Assembly (NCBI RefSeq): GCF_009914755.1
Contig: NC_060925.1
Origin: the human T2T-CHM13v2.0 reference genome, Homo sapiens
Strand: one strand, 5' to 3'
Length of the DNA stretch: 64,000 nt
The notes under the pieces were generated by a model. The model saw only the letters and a program-made list of their open reading frames with translations. It was not told the origin of the DNA and ran no database searches. The position numbers were made by a program, and so were the translations under genes. Of the stretch, positions 22,980 to 34,700 are shown in pieces (position 1 is the stretch's first letter; every line of letters starts with the position of its first letter).

Positions 22980-23960
22980 CAGGGCAGAGTGGAGGCAGCG
23001 TCTCCCGGGCAGGGGTGGCAGCCGGGCCTTCTGGGCCCCTGAGCACCCTCGGTGCCCATTGATGCCCGAGTCCCCGGCGCTCCCTGAGCTGTACACACTG
23101 GGTGGGGCACGTGCTGCAGAGGTTGACGCTGCGTTGTCTCCTTTAGGTGACGGTGACGTTGTAAATAATATGTATGAGCCCAACCGGGACCTGCTGGCCA
23201 GCCACAGCGCGGAGGACGAGGCCGAGGACAGTGCCATGTCGCCCATCCCCGTGGGGCCACCGTCCCCCTTCCCCACCAGCGAGGACTTCACCCCCAAGGA
23301 GGGCTCGCCGTACGAGGCCCCTGTCTACATTCCTGAAGACATTCCGATCCCAGCAGACTTCGAGCTCCGAGAGTCCTCCATCCCAGGGGCTGGCCTGGGG
23401 GTCTGGGCCAAGAGGAAGATGGAAGCCGGGGAGAGGCTGGGCCCCTGCGTGGTGGTGCCCCGGGCGGCGGCAAAGGAGACAGACTTCGGATGGGAGGTGA
23501 GCGATCGCGCCTGAGTATGATTGATCACGGCCATTTATCTTGTGTTCAATCTATTTATAAAGCCGGGCTGAGCAGCCACTGCCCGAGGCGGGAGGCGCGG
23601 CCAGAGAGAGCGTTCAAATGTCACATTTCCCAGCCTATTTTATCCTGCAGCTCGCCTGATGCGACTCAGAAAGCATCAGAGGTCCTCGTGGGTGCCTGTC
23701 AGCCCTGTAGGCCACGCCCACTCTCTCCCGGAAATGTGTCTTTCATGAGCTCATGTCTTAAAACATCCCTTGCTTCCCGCCGGATCCCAGGCGCGAACAC
23801 TGCCATCGCGGCAGGGCAGGGAGATTAATAGGAAGTCCCAGAACAGGCAGCTGCACTCCAGGGCTTCATTCCAGGCCAGGGCAGTGTGGAGCCGCTCACA
23901 AATCACACCTGGTGGCCACGCTGCCCCGGCTGCCGTCTTCCCCGCCTGCCCCGGTCAGCC
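22980..23960. promoter_or_regulatory. CpG-rich segment spanning exon 2 (intragenic CpG-island-like)
   Basis: Visibly high CpG density in and around exon 2. The observed/expected ratio was not computed. Confidence 0.5.
23147..23496 (+). CDS. PRDM16: PRDM16 (MEL1) coding exon 2, 350 nt, internal exon (phase 1 in, phase 0 out); N-terminal region and start of the PR/SET domain
   Basis: Translation (S)DGDVVNNMYEPNRDLLASHSAEDEAEDSAMSPIPVGPPSPFPTSEDFTPKEGSPYEAPVYIPEDIPIPADFELRESSIPGAGLGVWAKRKMEAGERLGPCVVVPRAAAKETDFGWE matches the recalled human PRDM16 N-terminus. Acceptor gttgtctcctttAG ends at 23146, with branch-like TTGAC at 23123-23127. Donor GAG|GTGAGC at 23496/23497. Confidence 0.97.
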
Positions 23961-26327
23961 AGTGGCCTAAGAGCAGCCTCAGCTTCTCCAACTCCAGGGG
24001 CACAGGCCCCGACCTGCCAGGGAGGGATGGCTGGCTGTTTAAATTTTCCCACCACGACGTGACTGGCCTTGAGGGTCTGAAGCTGGCCTGGTGATCCTGC
24101 TGCAGGGGTCAGGAGAGAGGGCGTCCCTGGGACGGCTCTGAGAGGGAAGCACCCGGAGTGTCCTGCCCAGGTTGTGAGGGACGCTAGGCCCCGGTGTTGG
24201 GGTCCCTTGAGTGGTCCTAGGGGGACTAACAGCCCCACCCCCCCACAAAAAGTGCACTTCCTGGTGGGCCCTGGCCCTTCTGCTGGCCTCACGCAGCCAA
24301 TTGTCGGTGGTATTTTTGGCAGGGCCCCTGCCTGGGTGGAAAATGGGAACACCAGTCGGATTCCCCCTGTGCCTCCCAGCCTCTGGAGTGCCCGGATGGA
24401 GGTGGGCTCCTCATGGGCAAATGGCCTGAGCAGGGAAGAGGATCCCCAGACGGGTGGGGGCAGGGTCCTGTGTCTTGCCCACCTGCTCTCCTGGTGGCTC
24501 GTGGCTCTGGAGAAGTCCCCAGCCAGGTCCATGCTCACTGTCAGGCCTGCCCCAACTCAGACAGGCCGTGGGGAGGTTCCTGTGGCCTCCAGCAGCCCTT
24601 GAGCACCTCCCCGGGCTGGCGGCATTAAGAGCCCTTTGTAAGAACACCGACGGCCTGGGGACCAGAGGCTGCCCCGCACGCTGCAGAGCTGAGTGCATCC
24701 TCCCTGGGCAAGGAGACCAGGGCACCTTGGCAGCTCCCAGCAGGCAGATGTGGTCCTTGGTAGCTCACAGAGTCCTGTGTGGCTCCTTGTCAAGGATATA
24801 GGGAGACTCAGGAGCTACTCCCTGAGTGTCAGCTTAAAGCCCCCCAGCCCTTTACAGAGCTGTGGGGGTCCCGGTGCCTGAAGAAACGTGCGGCAGAGTC
24901 TGCGGCCGTCAAGCAGGGTGGAAGCTGCAGCTCTACGGGCAGCCCCTGTGGAACGGGCGTACCCCCCCAACGAGAGGCAGAGGACAGTGTGTGTGGGCCC
25001 AAGGTCGGGTCACCTTCGGGAGAGACTGGCCAGGGCCAGGGGCCCCAGTGAAGCAGGACAGGGAGAGAGTTTGGAGTCGAAGACCTCGGTGGAGACACTG
25101 CCCAGCTTCATGGCCCTACAGGACCCTCATGGGACCAAGGAGAGCATTTTTCTAGCAATATTCATCTTTGGCTGTGCAGTGAAAGTAACTTTGGCAGAAG
25201 TGGCCTGTCCCTCCCTGCCTGGTGTGTGGGAGGGGAATTCAAGGGTGTTTGTCCGTCACACTTAGAAAGGTCTGGACTGTGTAATCAGGAGGTGGCTTGT
25301 GGATGTGAGAGGTCCAGGGGCCCTGCAGGTAGCACTTTGGATGACCTTCAGGTGACTTTGTTCTTGTCTACTCTGATACAAGTTTCTATTTGCTTTTTTT
25401 TTAAAGAAATGGCCCGTATCACCATGTCCGCGTGGTGCCAGGCCCAGCGCAGACTGCGCCACTGCCTGCCGGTGCCTGTTGACTTTGTGGTGTGTTTATC
25501 CCGGGTGTGTGTGTACGTGAGGGAACGCGCTCTCCTCACAGCGCACCTCCCGTTTCTGCGGAGGGCTTTGTTCCACGGTGGCCACCTGACAGATACCCCT
25601 CCTGCCGGCGCTTAGAAGTATTTACTCTCCCCCCGACGCCCTCAAACGGTGCTCCCCGCGCACCCGGCAGGATCTCGCCTGACCTTGTTTTCCTTGCGAG
25701 TTCGGGCACCGACTCCCTGGCTTTGGGACCACCGTTGAGTTTTGTTGCTTCTATCAGATGGGACGGGGGGCAGCCATGTGCGTCGGTGCCTTCGGGAGCT
25801 GACATTGGAACTGGGCAGGAAGCCACCACCTCCTCTGAGAAGGAGAGAGAGGAGGAAGCAGGGGGCGGGAATTAAGTGGCAGCCACCTCTGCCTGAAATG
25901 AATGATGTCCGTCAATCAAGGAGGTTTCTCCCCACCTCCAGCCACCTCAGTTGGGGCCTTTGGGCAGGAAAACTGACATCTTACCCTTAAGCAGCCTTCC
26001 CAGAATTTTCCACCTGTCCCTAAAGAGCTGATTGCTATTTCCCCCTGGTTTTTGCCTTCCCTGAGGTGGCCCCGGAGGGAGAAGTGACTTGCGGGTGACT
26101 CCTTCTCTGAGGACTTCTTCCTCTTGCCGACTGCCTGGCCTGTCTTCCAAGTGCCGTGAACAGGGGCCTGAGACGGGACGGGAACACCAGGCTTCAGGGC
26201 TGGGATCCCTCTGTAGTTCCAGACACGAGAAGGACCTTCTGCTGAGTCCCCTTCCCAAGCCACTCACACCAACAAGCGGCCCTGCTAGCCCTTCCCCTCC
26301 ATGCCCCTGCAGTGAGCTCGGCCAGAG

Positions 26328-26511
26328 CAGGCCTGGTACAGAGAAAAACATGGGTGCCAGCATCACGCCAGGGGGATCCCAAGTCAGGCCTGGGACAGAG
26401 AAAAACATGGGTGCCAGCGTCACGCCAGGGGGATCCCAAGTCAGGCCTGGGACAGAGAAAAACATGGGTGCCAGCGTCACGCCAGCAAGATCCCAGGTCA
26501 GGCCTGGGACA
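26328..26511. repeat. 57-bp tandem repeat, about 3.2 copies
   Basis: CAGGCCTGGGACAGAGAAAAACATGGGTGCCAGCGTCACGCCAGGGGGATCCCAAGT repeated. Confidence 0.93.
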
Positions 26512-27177
26512 ACCCATGCGTGCGTGTCGTCTCTGATGGTCCTGAATTTCATATGTATAATTGTTCACTTTCACACTGGTAATTAAGTGTTATGAATCAG
26601 AGTGATTTGACTTTACTGTAATGTCCACGGTATTTATTTACTGAAAAAGAACAAGTAAAGATATTTTAGTAAAGATAACAAGCAAAATCCAAGAAGGATC
26701 GGTGTCATTTTGGCCTCCCTCCGTGGTGGCCTAGAGCACGGTGTTGTGGCCACTCTGAGCTCAGAAGTGGGATTCCCCTGGAGGAGAGGGGGTCTGGGAG
26801 TGGCGTGAGCAAAGGGATCTCACCAGGCAGCAGCCCCTGCAGGAACAGGGTGCGTGTCTCTTGAAGGATAGGTTTGAAATAAAAGTCACGTGGATTATTC
26901 TTACTGTCATTTTGGGACACCATGGAAACCATTTTCTTTCTACTCTGAGAACAAAGTTCTTGTTCTGGAGAATTCAGTTGAAATAAAATGAGAAGGTCCA
27001 ATTTCCTTTCTCTTTGTATAGCAAGAGACACAGTGCCAGGCAACCCTCGGCTTTGGGATGACTGGGGAGGGTCGGGGGCTCTTCTCTCCCTGACATGGGG
27101 CCGATGTAGATGACAGCATGACTCCCTGGGGATGAGAGATGGGGCGGGCAGCACGTGAGGCACCCACGAGCTTTGGG

Positions 27178-27327
27178 TTCAAGGTCGTGGGGCAGCCTTA
27201 CTTCAAGGTCGTGGGGCAGCGTTACTTCAAGGTCGTGGGGCAGCCTTACTTCAAGGTCATGGGGCAGCCTTACTTCAAGGTCGTGGGGCAGCCTTACTTC
27301 AAGGTCGTGGGGCAGCCTTACTTTAAG
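27178..27327. repeat. 24-bp tandem repeat, 6 copies (TTCAAGGTCGTGGGGCAGCCTTAC)
   Basis: Direct periodicity with near-perfect units. Confidence 0.96.
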
Positions 27328-28294
27328 TGGGAGCTTTCCGTTAGCAACGCAGGAATGAGGCTGGGGGTCGGGAGCTGAGTTTCCTCCGGCCTCAGTTGCT
27401 GGTCGGAAGCCCGCATTCCTTCTACGCTGAGGCTGACGCTTTTGGGAGGGCCGCCCCCTCCTCTCTCCCTCCTGTGTGTTAGGAATAGTCGCTGACTAAA
27501 CCCGCTTTGTTCCTGGGTGCTGCGAGGCATCCTGAGCTGTGCCCTGAGTCAGATGCCCCACCCCCGACCTGGGGGCTCACTCTGTGCATGGCTGTGTGTG
27601 TGCCCCAGGGGTGTGTGGAAACGGCCCCCTGGGCTTCATCTCAGGGAGGGGGCTTGTCAGGAAGTGCACCCGAAATTCCTGGCCTCCTCCATCTGGACAC
27701 AGCCGGGCTCAGTCTCTTCCCAAATACCACGCCCCGCTGGTCGCTGCCGAAGCCCACCTGCCTGGAGGAAATCACCCGTGAGCGCATTTGCTCGCCGTGG
27801 GGTCTGCAAAAACAATGATTTTCACATTTGTTGAGTAAATCATTACATTTATCATCATGCTGTTTATTTTGCTAATTAAGAGGCGGCTGCCCGGTGACAG
27901 CCCAGAGGGAGGAGGCCATGGGTGAGGCACTGGGGAGGCCACCTGCCCCCGGCTGGGCCTTCAGCTGTGTGTCCAGGGTCCTGCAGCTTGGGGCCTGCTG
28001 GGGCAGGATCCCGCAGGACCCCCAGGGGAGGCACTGGGGGCACTTTGCTCACTGCATCAGCCACTGTCTCCCACCCAAGGTCTGCTTGTTTCTTTGTTGA
28101 CTGTGTCTCCCCAGAAAGGCTCTCGAAGGCATCAGCGGCCCTGCCTGTAATCAGAACGCTGATGAGTAAGTGCCTCTGCCTCTGCTGAAGAGGCCAGGTG
28201 AAAAATGTTAATGTGAATTGATGGGGTTTCAATTATTTGAAGAATGTGCTGAAGTGGACGACCTCACCCCTGGCGTTATTTACTGAATATTAAT

Positions 28295-28365
28295 GTGTGT
28301 TCATTTGTTCAATCAACAAATGCACTGTATCTGGGCCAGGGCCTGTGGGAAGCTCTGGGGTCAGC
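28295..28365 (-). mobile_element. L2 LINE 3' end fragment
   Basis: ttcatttgttcaatcaacaaatgcactg...gccagggcctgtg resembles the antisense L2 tail. Confidence 0.45.
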
Positions 28366-29857
28366 CCAGAGGCCTTGGGCCACACCAATTCTCTGGCACT
28401 GCCATCATGGGACCCCCAAGCCGGTGCCTCCTGGGTCCCCAGAGCCCACTGAGAGCCTTTGGCAGGGCCAGGACCTGCCAGTCTCCCCTGTGGACCAGGA
28501 GCTACACAGCAGCCAGGGATGGGTGAGAGCAAGTAGAGCCTGCACTCTGAGAAGATGAGAAATGTCCTCACATGTAATATGGAATTTTATCCAAAACACC
28601 CAGCCTTGAAGAAAGGCAGGATTTCCAAGGAAGTAAAACCTCTTCTGTGGACACAGGCCTGTCCCCCTACATGTGTTTGGAATACTGATGCTCTTCTGTT
28701 CCTGAGTGGGAGAAATGAGAAATACATTTGCAGGTCCATTTTGGTCCCAGGTGATAGGATGACGATGGAGTGGGGTGAGGGCAGCCCAGCCAGGCACCTG
28801 GCTCCCTGGGACAGCAGGAGGGACAGTGCTATGGGGCTTCAGTCTCCGACATCACAGCACAAATGTCCATGATGGGCTTTTAAAGGCACCGTGAGGCAGG
28901 CGTAAAAAGGTAGCACCCAGAACCAGCTTCCCCACATACCAGGAAGCACTGGAAGGCCCCAAGTGCTGAGACCCGGTTCAGTCCGATGGCAGGAGGGGCA
29001 ATGGCAAATTTACTCCAGGGTTTTTGCAATGTGGCCAGGTCCACAGGGTAGGGTAGGGAATCACCCAGGCCACCCTTTCCCACACACAAACCCCAGTCCC
29101 TTCTCCCTTCCTCCTGAATGTCCTGTCAGCAGCAAATATTAACATGATTTGCTGCAGGAGATTGTGTGTGAGCTTGCACACACAAATAGCCCCCACAGCT
29201 TAATTTTTGCCTAAAGTCCTAGACAGAGCCTTGGCCTCTAAGGATGGGGATCATCCGTGTCGCCAGCTCATCTGGGCTCGGTAGCTTTTGGAGCTGGCTG
29301 TCTTGGGGCATGCGGGTTGGGTGCCTGCAGGCCTTGCTTCTCTGGGAGTTCCGGCTGGGTTTTGAGCCAGAAGATCCTGGAGAGACACTTCCAGGCTCTG
29401 GATTAATGACCAGGCTCAGGGTGTTAGGAGGAGACCCTAAGGAGTCAGCCCCTACATCCAGACCTCATGCTCTGGCCTGCTCATGTTCCAATTGGGCAAT
29501 CTCTTCATGAGGGATGTGGGTTCAGGACTGGGTTTGGGGAAGTAGGAGGTCCTATTGGAGGCTCTGCCTTTCTACCGTTTTCATGGCAGTGGGCGGGGCT
29601 TGGTGCTGGTGTAGGAGCTGGACTTAGACCCCTCCGTCGGTCCTGGGCTGGGGAATCAAGGTGAGCTTGGCCACAGGTCTGAGCCCAGGCAGAAGCGACC
29701 CTGTTTTAACCAAGCCCCAGCTCCTGCCCAGGAGGGATTGTCGAGGCTCCTGGGACTCTGCTTCAGTCCCTTTCAGTCCCTGTGGCCCATGAGCAAACAG
29801 GAAACCAAGATCAACCCAGAGACAGACACACCCGGCTGCCTTGTTGCCATAAAGACC

Positions 29858-30019
29858 CTCGGTGCTCAAAGTGTGGTCCCTGAGCCAGCAGTGCTGGCCT
29901 CCCTGCAGGTTTGTTGGAAATGAAGAACCTTGGCCCCTCTCTGGGACTCACTGAGTCACCACCTGCAATTGAGCGAGATCCCTGGTGATTCATGTGCACA
30001 GCTGAGTTTAGGAAGGACC
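29858..30019 (+). mobile_element. MER5A/MER5A1 (hAT-Charlie) DNA transposon
   Basis: ctcaaagtgtggtccc, ccagcag, ttgttggaaatg, gagatccctggtgattcatgtgcaca and agttt match MER5A1. Confidence 0.75.
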
Positions 30020-30178
30020 CGGCCAGACAGCGAGTACCCAGCAGTCACAGCGGCCAGACGGCGAGTACCCAGCAGACACAGCGGCCAGATGGTGAGTACT
30101 GAGCAGACGCAGCGGCCAGACGGCGAGTACCCAGCAGACACAGCGGCCAGACGACGAGTACCCAGCAGACGCAGCGGC
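30020..30178. repeat. 31-bp CpG-rich tandem repeat, 5 copies (CGGCCAGACGGCGAGTACCCAGCAGACACAG)
   Basis: Direct periodicity. It abuts the end of the MER5A element. Confidence 0.93.
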
Positions 30179-30929
30179 TTACCAGGGGGCAGCTTTGGGT
30201 GTGTTGCAGGCATTGGGAGAGTCACCAATGTTCCCTGACGCTGTGGAAGGATGCACTGCCTTCCTGCCCGTCCCGCCTCCAGGGCTGACCTCCTGAGGCT
30301 TCGGGCTCCTGCCCGGCCCCCCAAGGGGATGGAGCGGCAGCTCCCACCAGTGCCAGGTCTAGCCATTCCTAGGAGATCTCCAGGCTGCCTCATGGCTCTG
30401 GGATTCAGGAAGAAGGGGCACCTGCCAGCCACCAGAGGCTGGTTTGAACCCAGAAGTGTTTGACATAGCTCTCCTCTGTAGAAGCAGAACTTGTGTGTCC
30501 AGCGCCCACTGCTCAGTGGGCTGGGTGCTCCCTTTGCACCCCTGGAGCTGTCCACAGCCATGGACCTCCGCACTCTCCATCCCATCCGGCTCTGGGGGAC
30601 CCCAGGATGGCAGGCAAGGAAGGCTCAACCCAGGGAGCTCCTGTGGCTCAGACATATTCTGAGAAGTGCGCCCACCCAGCCGGGGAGGAGGTGCAAGCCC
30701 CTGCCCCCCAACAATGTCTGCTGAATGCATAGGAAAATGTAAGAGTGAGTGCCCCTCCCACATGTCGGTCTGTACTGGGGGAGGGGGTGGTCAGGAAAGC
30801 TCCCAAGTCCTTCCCGGGTGCCTGAGACCTGAGGGCAGAGGCTGGGGGCTGCGGGCTCCCCTTCACTGTGTGTTGGTGTTGCCTGGGGAGCATGGGAAAT
30901 ACAGGTGTCAGGCCTGCCTTGGAGATGCT

Positions 30930-31082
30930 GGGCTGGGGCCAGGGAGGGTGACCAACCTCCCTGTTTGCCCAGGAACGTCCCAGTGTCAGACCCAAAGTCC
31001 TGGCACACCCCTCTGGCATCAGGCATGTGAAAGCTCCCAGGAGATCCTAATTTACGGCCTGGGCCGAGAGCAGCTGACCTAG
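30930..31082 (+). mobile_element. MER5B-like fragment
   Basis: ggcatcag...aaagctcccaggagatcctaatt...gggccgagagcagctgacctaga. Confidence 0.45.
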
Positions 31083-31586
31083 ATAGGAGGAGTGGAGAGC
31101 CCGCCTGCATGTCCTGTCCGGCACCTGCACCAGACTGCCGGGCAAGGGACAGGTGGGAGGGCTGAGGAACAAGGGCTCCCAAAGCACTCGTCCGGCCTTC
31201 TGCAACGCTCAGTGCACACTGGGGGGCTATTTAGGATGGTTGTTGAGGGCATTTAGTCACTCAGCAGACAACCGGCTCATCTCAGGTCCTGCAGAGGTGT
31301 TCACTGGTACCTCCCTGTGCAGGGCGCTTCCTTCTGTCTCTCCCATGCCCCTTTCACCCTGGAGCTGAGCCCCGCCATAAGCCCTCCTTGCTGGCCTGCT
31401 GTGGGGGCAGCCGGCGCTCATTGGCTGAGCTCTTAGATCACCCTATTACGCCTTATCCTTTAAATTCCAACAGAGGGGAAGGGGTAGACCATGGCAGGTG
31501 CTGGGGACCTCGGCTCAGGCTGGAGTCTCAGGGAGGGAGGCTGGGGCAGGTCTGATAATATCAAGGCTGGACTCTGAGGCAACTGG

Positions 31587-31796
31587 CCACTGTCTCCCCA
31601 CCACACGCCACCGTCTCCCCACCACACGCCACCGTCTCCCCGCCACACGCCACCGTCTCCCCGCCACATGCCACCGTCTCCCCGCCACATGCCACCGTCT
31701 GATCGCCACACGCCATCGTCTCCCCGCCACACGCCATCGTCTCCCCGCCACACGCCACCGTCTCCCCGCCACACGCCACCGTCTGATCGCCACACA
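31587..31796. repeat. 21-bp minisatellite, 10 copies (CCACCGTCTCCCCGCCACACG)
   Basis: Direct periodicity. The CTGATCGCC variant appears in copies 6 and 10. Confidence 0.96.
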
Positions 31797-34700
31797 TTAG
31801 GGCTTGGTATTCTCAGTCCCACGTTTTATCATCTAAACGCCAAAACTCGTTCCTGGCCTGCCCTTTCTCTCCAAGGTTCCCAGATGCACGCTCCACTGCC
31901 CACACCACCCCCACGGTTGAGTGGGCTCGGCCCCGGGACGTGGCCTGGCTCTGGGCACCTCTGCTGCTCCACTCTGCGTGGAGAGTTCTGCGTGAGGCCA
32001 GGAAGCTTTGCCGCGCTTCCCCACTCAGGAGCTTCTGGATGTTTCTATGGAGGCCTCACGTCTAAAACCGTGAGCGCACCGGCCAGTGGATGCTCTGAGG
32101 AGTGTTCCCGTGGAGCCAGCACCGGGCAGCTCGGCGAGGCACACAGCATCGGGATTTGGAGAGAGACGGGGCCCTGTGGGATGGTGCGGAGCCTGAGGCC
32201 ACCGTGGGGACAGGGATGCAGAGAAATCCATGGGCCTCGGCGTTGCTCCGGGAGAAGCCGGCAGTGCCGTGGAGGAGTCACAGCACAGGCTTCCCATGTC
32301 CCCCGGCACCGTGACATCAGCCCTAGACGTTTTTAGCCCAAGAATGCCATGAAATCCTGCACTATCTTCGGCCCGGCTCGGAGGCACGGGTATATAAGGA
32401 ATTTTAGAAAAAAGGAGAGAGAATGACTAAGAATACCTCCCTGATGGCTCTCCTTTACTTCCTTAAGGGGTAATAACTCCGCTGCAGCCCAGCAGAGGGG
32501 ACTTTCTTTAAATAGAGCATTCTGATTCACAAGCGAAAAAGGAAATAAATATTTTCTTTTCATATTCGAGAGACATCTGTGAATACCAACTTCTTAAATA
32601 GTATTTTGCCAATCGCATCCCACACGCCCCGCCCCCCCTGTCCCAGTGACACCCAGAGCCCACCCTTACTCAGGAACCGGCCGCTTGTACCAAGAGACCT
32701 GAAAACATCATCAGGGCTGCCAGCCTGAAAATGTCTTCAGGGTTTTGCCAGAAGCAAGAGGGAGAAGGGCTTCTGCGTGGGGGCGTGGCCCAGCCTCCCC
32801 CTAGGTCCCCCAAGGCTCCCTGTGAGAACAGGGTGCTCCGGAGCCTCCTGCCCTTTTCCTTCCTCCCTTTCTTTCTTCCTTAGGGAAAATAAGGACTGGA
32901 TGTGAAGGGAGTATGACAGAGGCATGTGGCCTCTGTATGGGCCTGGTGGGCACCTGCCGTGTGCCCTGGTCTCTGTGAGGCTCTGTCTACACTGGGACCC
33001 TCCCAGCTGTGCTGTGATTAGGACACAGCCACCCTCGCTCTGACAGGGGAACCCGGGGCTGAGAAGGAAGGAATAGCTCCCAGCCCCCAGGTTTGTCCAT
33101 GCAGGGGCCCAGAGGCAGGTGTGGGTCCCGCTCAGTGACCCCAGCAGGAGCTCACTGGGGGCAGCCAGGCTCTTGCCAGGTGGGAGAGGCACAGGTGAGC
33201 TCCAGCAGGGGCGGCAGCTGGGCCCAGACCCGGTTCCTGCCCCCACTAACAGCATGTAGGTGGGGCAGTCTCAACTCTGCGCCTTGCAGGCCGATTGCCT
33301 GGGCCCAGTGCCTCATGCTCCTGCCTGAACATGGCTCTGTCCTCTGCAGGTCCCTGACCCAGCCGGGCCCTGGAACTTGACTTCACTACAGCCGATGGCC
33401 CTCTCTGGGCTTGGGGGAATTCTGTGTCGTAAACATGACCTCAGCCCCACTTTTTCTCAGAAGCTGCTGTCCCCTTGTTTGAAAGCAGGTCCCAAATGTA
33501 GACCCATGGGCCCTTGTGGGGCCTGAGAATGCTGGGGACACTTGGCAGAGAGTGAGGCTCACCGCCCGGTGCCCCTGCCTGAAGCTGGGATTCTGCGGTG
33601 GCCCCAGGGTGCCCGTGGCACCAGAGGGGGGTTCAGCCAGGAACCGCAGGGGTTCCTGACCCAGATGGTCAGCCTGTGAGACCCCCACCCAATTCCAGGC
33701 CACATTCTCTACCTACTACTGGCTGAGAGTTCCCGGGGGAGGTCCCAGGAGTCTGCATTCTGAGAAGCGATCATTGTGGGGCACTTGGAGGAGTCCAGCC
33801 CAGGAGGAGGCCCTGGGAAAGGGGCCCGCCCTGAACTTCCTTCCTCCCCTACCCATGGGAGCCCAGAGAGGCTTTTCCTAAAGGTGCCGAGGCTGACGGG
33901 TAGCAGCAGAGCCTTTCCTGACCACAGGCCTCAGCAGGGCAGGTGGAAGGAGCAGAAGCTGGAGCTGCGAAGAGGCGGGTGCCTGGGTCCACTGGGGGAC
34001 CCCACTGTTGCCCAGGGGGGTCTGTGCAGCCGCTGAGGCTGGGGGGTGAGCTTCACACCACTGGCTCATCAGCATGGCTCCTGTCCCCGGCCACAGCTGC
34101 ACGAGGCGGCCCGAGGCTGACCAGCCACGCGCCCCCGGGCATGGAGTGATGGCTAAGACAGGAGGGGCCCCTTGTCATACCTGAGTCCCCCTTGGGACAT
34201 CACCATCTCCTCCCCCTCCCAGTGCAGTTATGAACTGGGCCCCAGGGAGGGAAAGAGTCATATGCGACCATGGGCTGGGTGGACCCAGGACAAGAGTCCA
34301 GGGTCCCGACCCCCAGGCGGGCCCTTTCTGCCCCTGCAGCTCCCAGATGTCAGCTGTGAGCAGGGCAGGCCCCTCCTTCCTGTGTGCCCCCAGCCATCAC
34401 AGCGGCCCCAGCTCGTCGTGGGCACTCAGTCCAATTGTCCCTTGGGTGATCCTACAGCCTTGGCATCCTAGAGGAGCGTGCCCCATGAGCCAGGCAGGGC
34501 TGGCACAGGCCTGAGAGGCAGCTCATTCACCTCTGGTGCCTGCACCTGCAGTGCGGTCCCTGCAAGGCTGTGCCGGGATCAGCTTTGTGCTGCCAGGCGG
34601 TAGGCCTACGAGGGCGGCAGGAAGCAACTGGACCACTAAGACTGAAGAATCTACAGTACAGATCATTTGCGCTTGAGATCTTTTAATTTTGAGTAATTTC

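Larger units (their letters stand above)
1..23146 (+). other. PRDM16: 3' part of PRDM16 intron 1
   Basis: Lies upstream of the exon 2 acceptor. The exon 1 peptide (MRSKARARKLAK) is not found in the window. Confidence 0.9.

Noticed and set aside
22963-23514. ORF taken as a stand-alone 183-aa gene
   Set aside because: Only 23147-23496 matches PRDM16. The flanks are intron read-through bounded by canonical splice sites.
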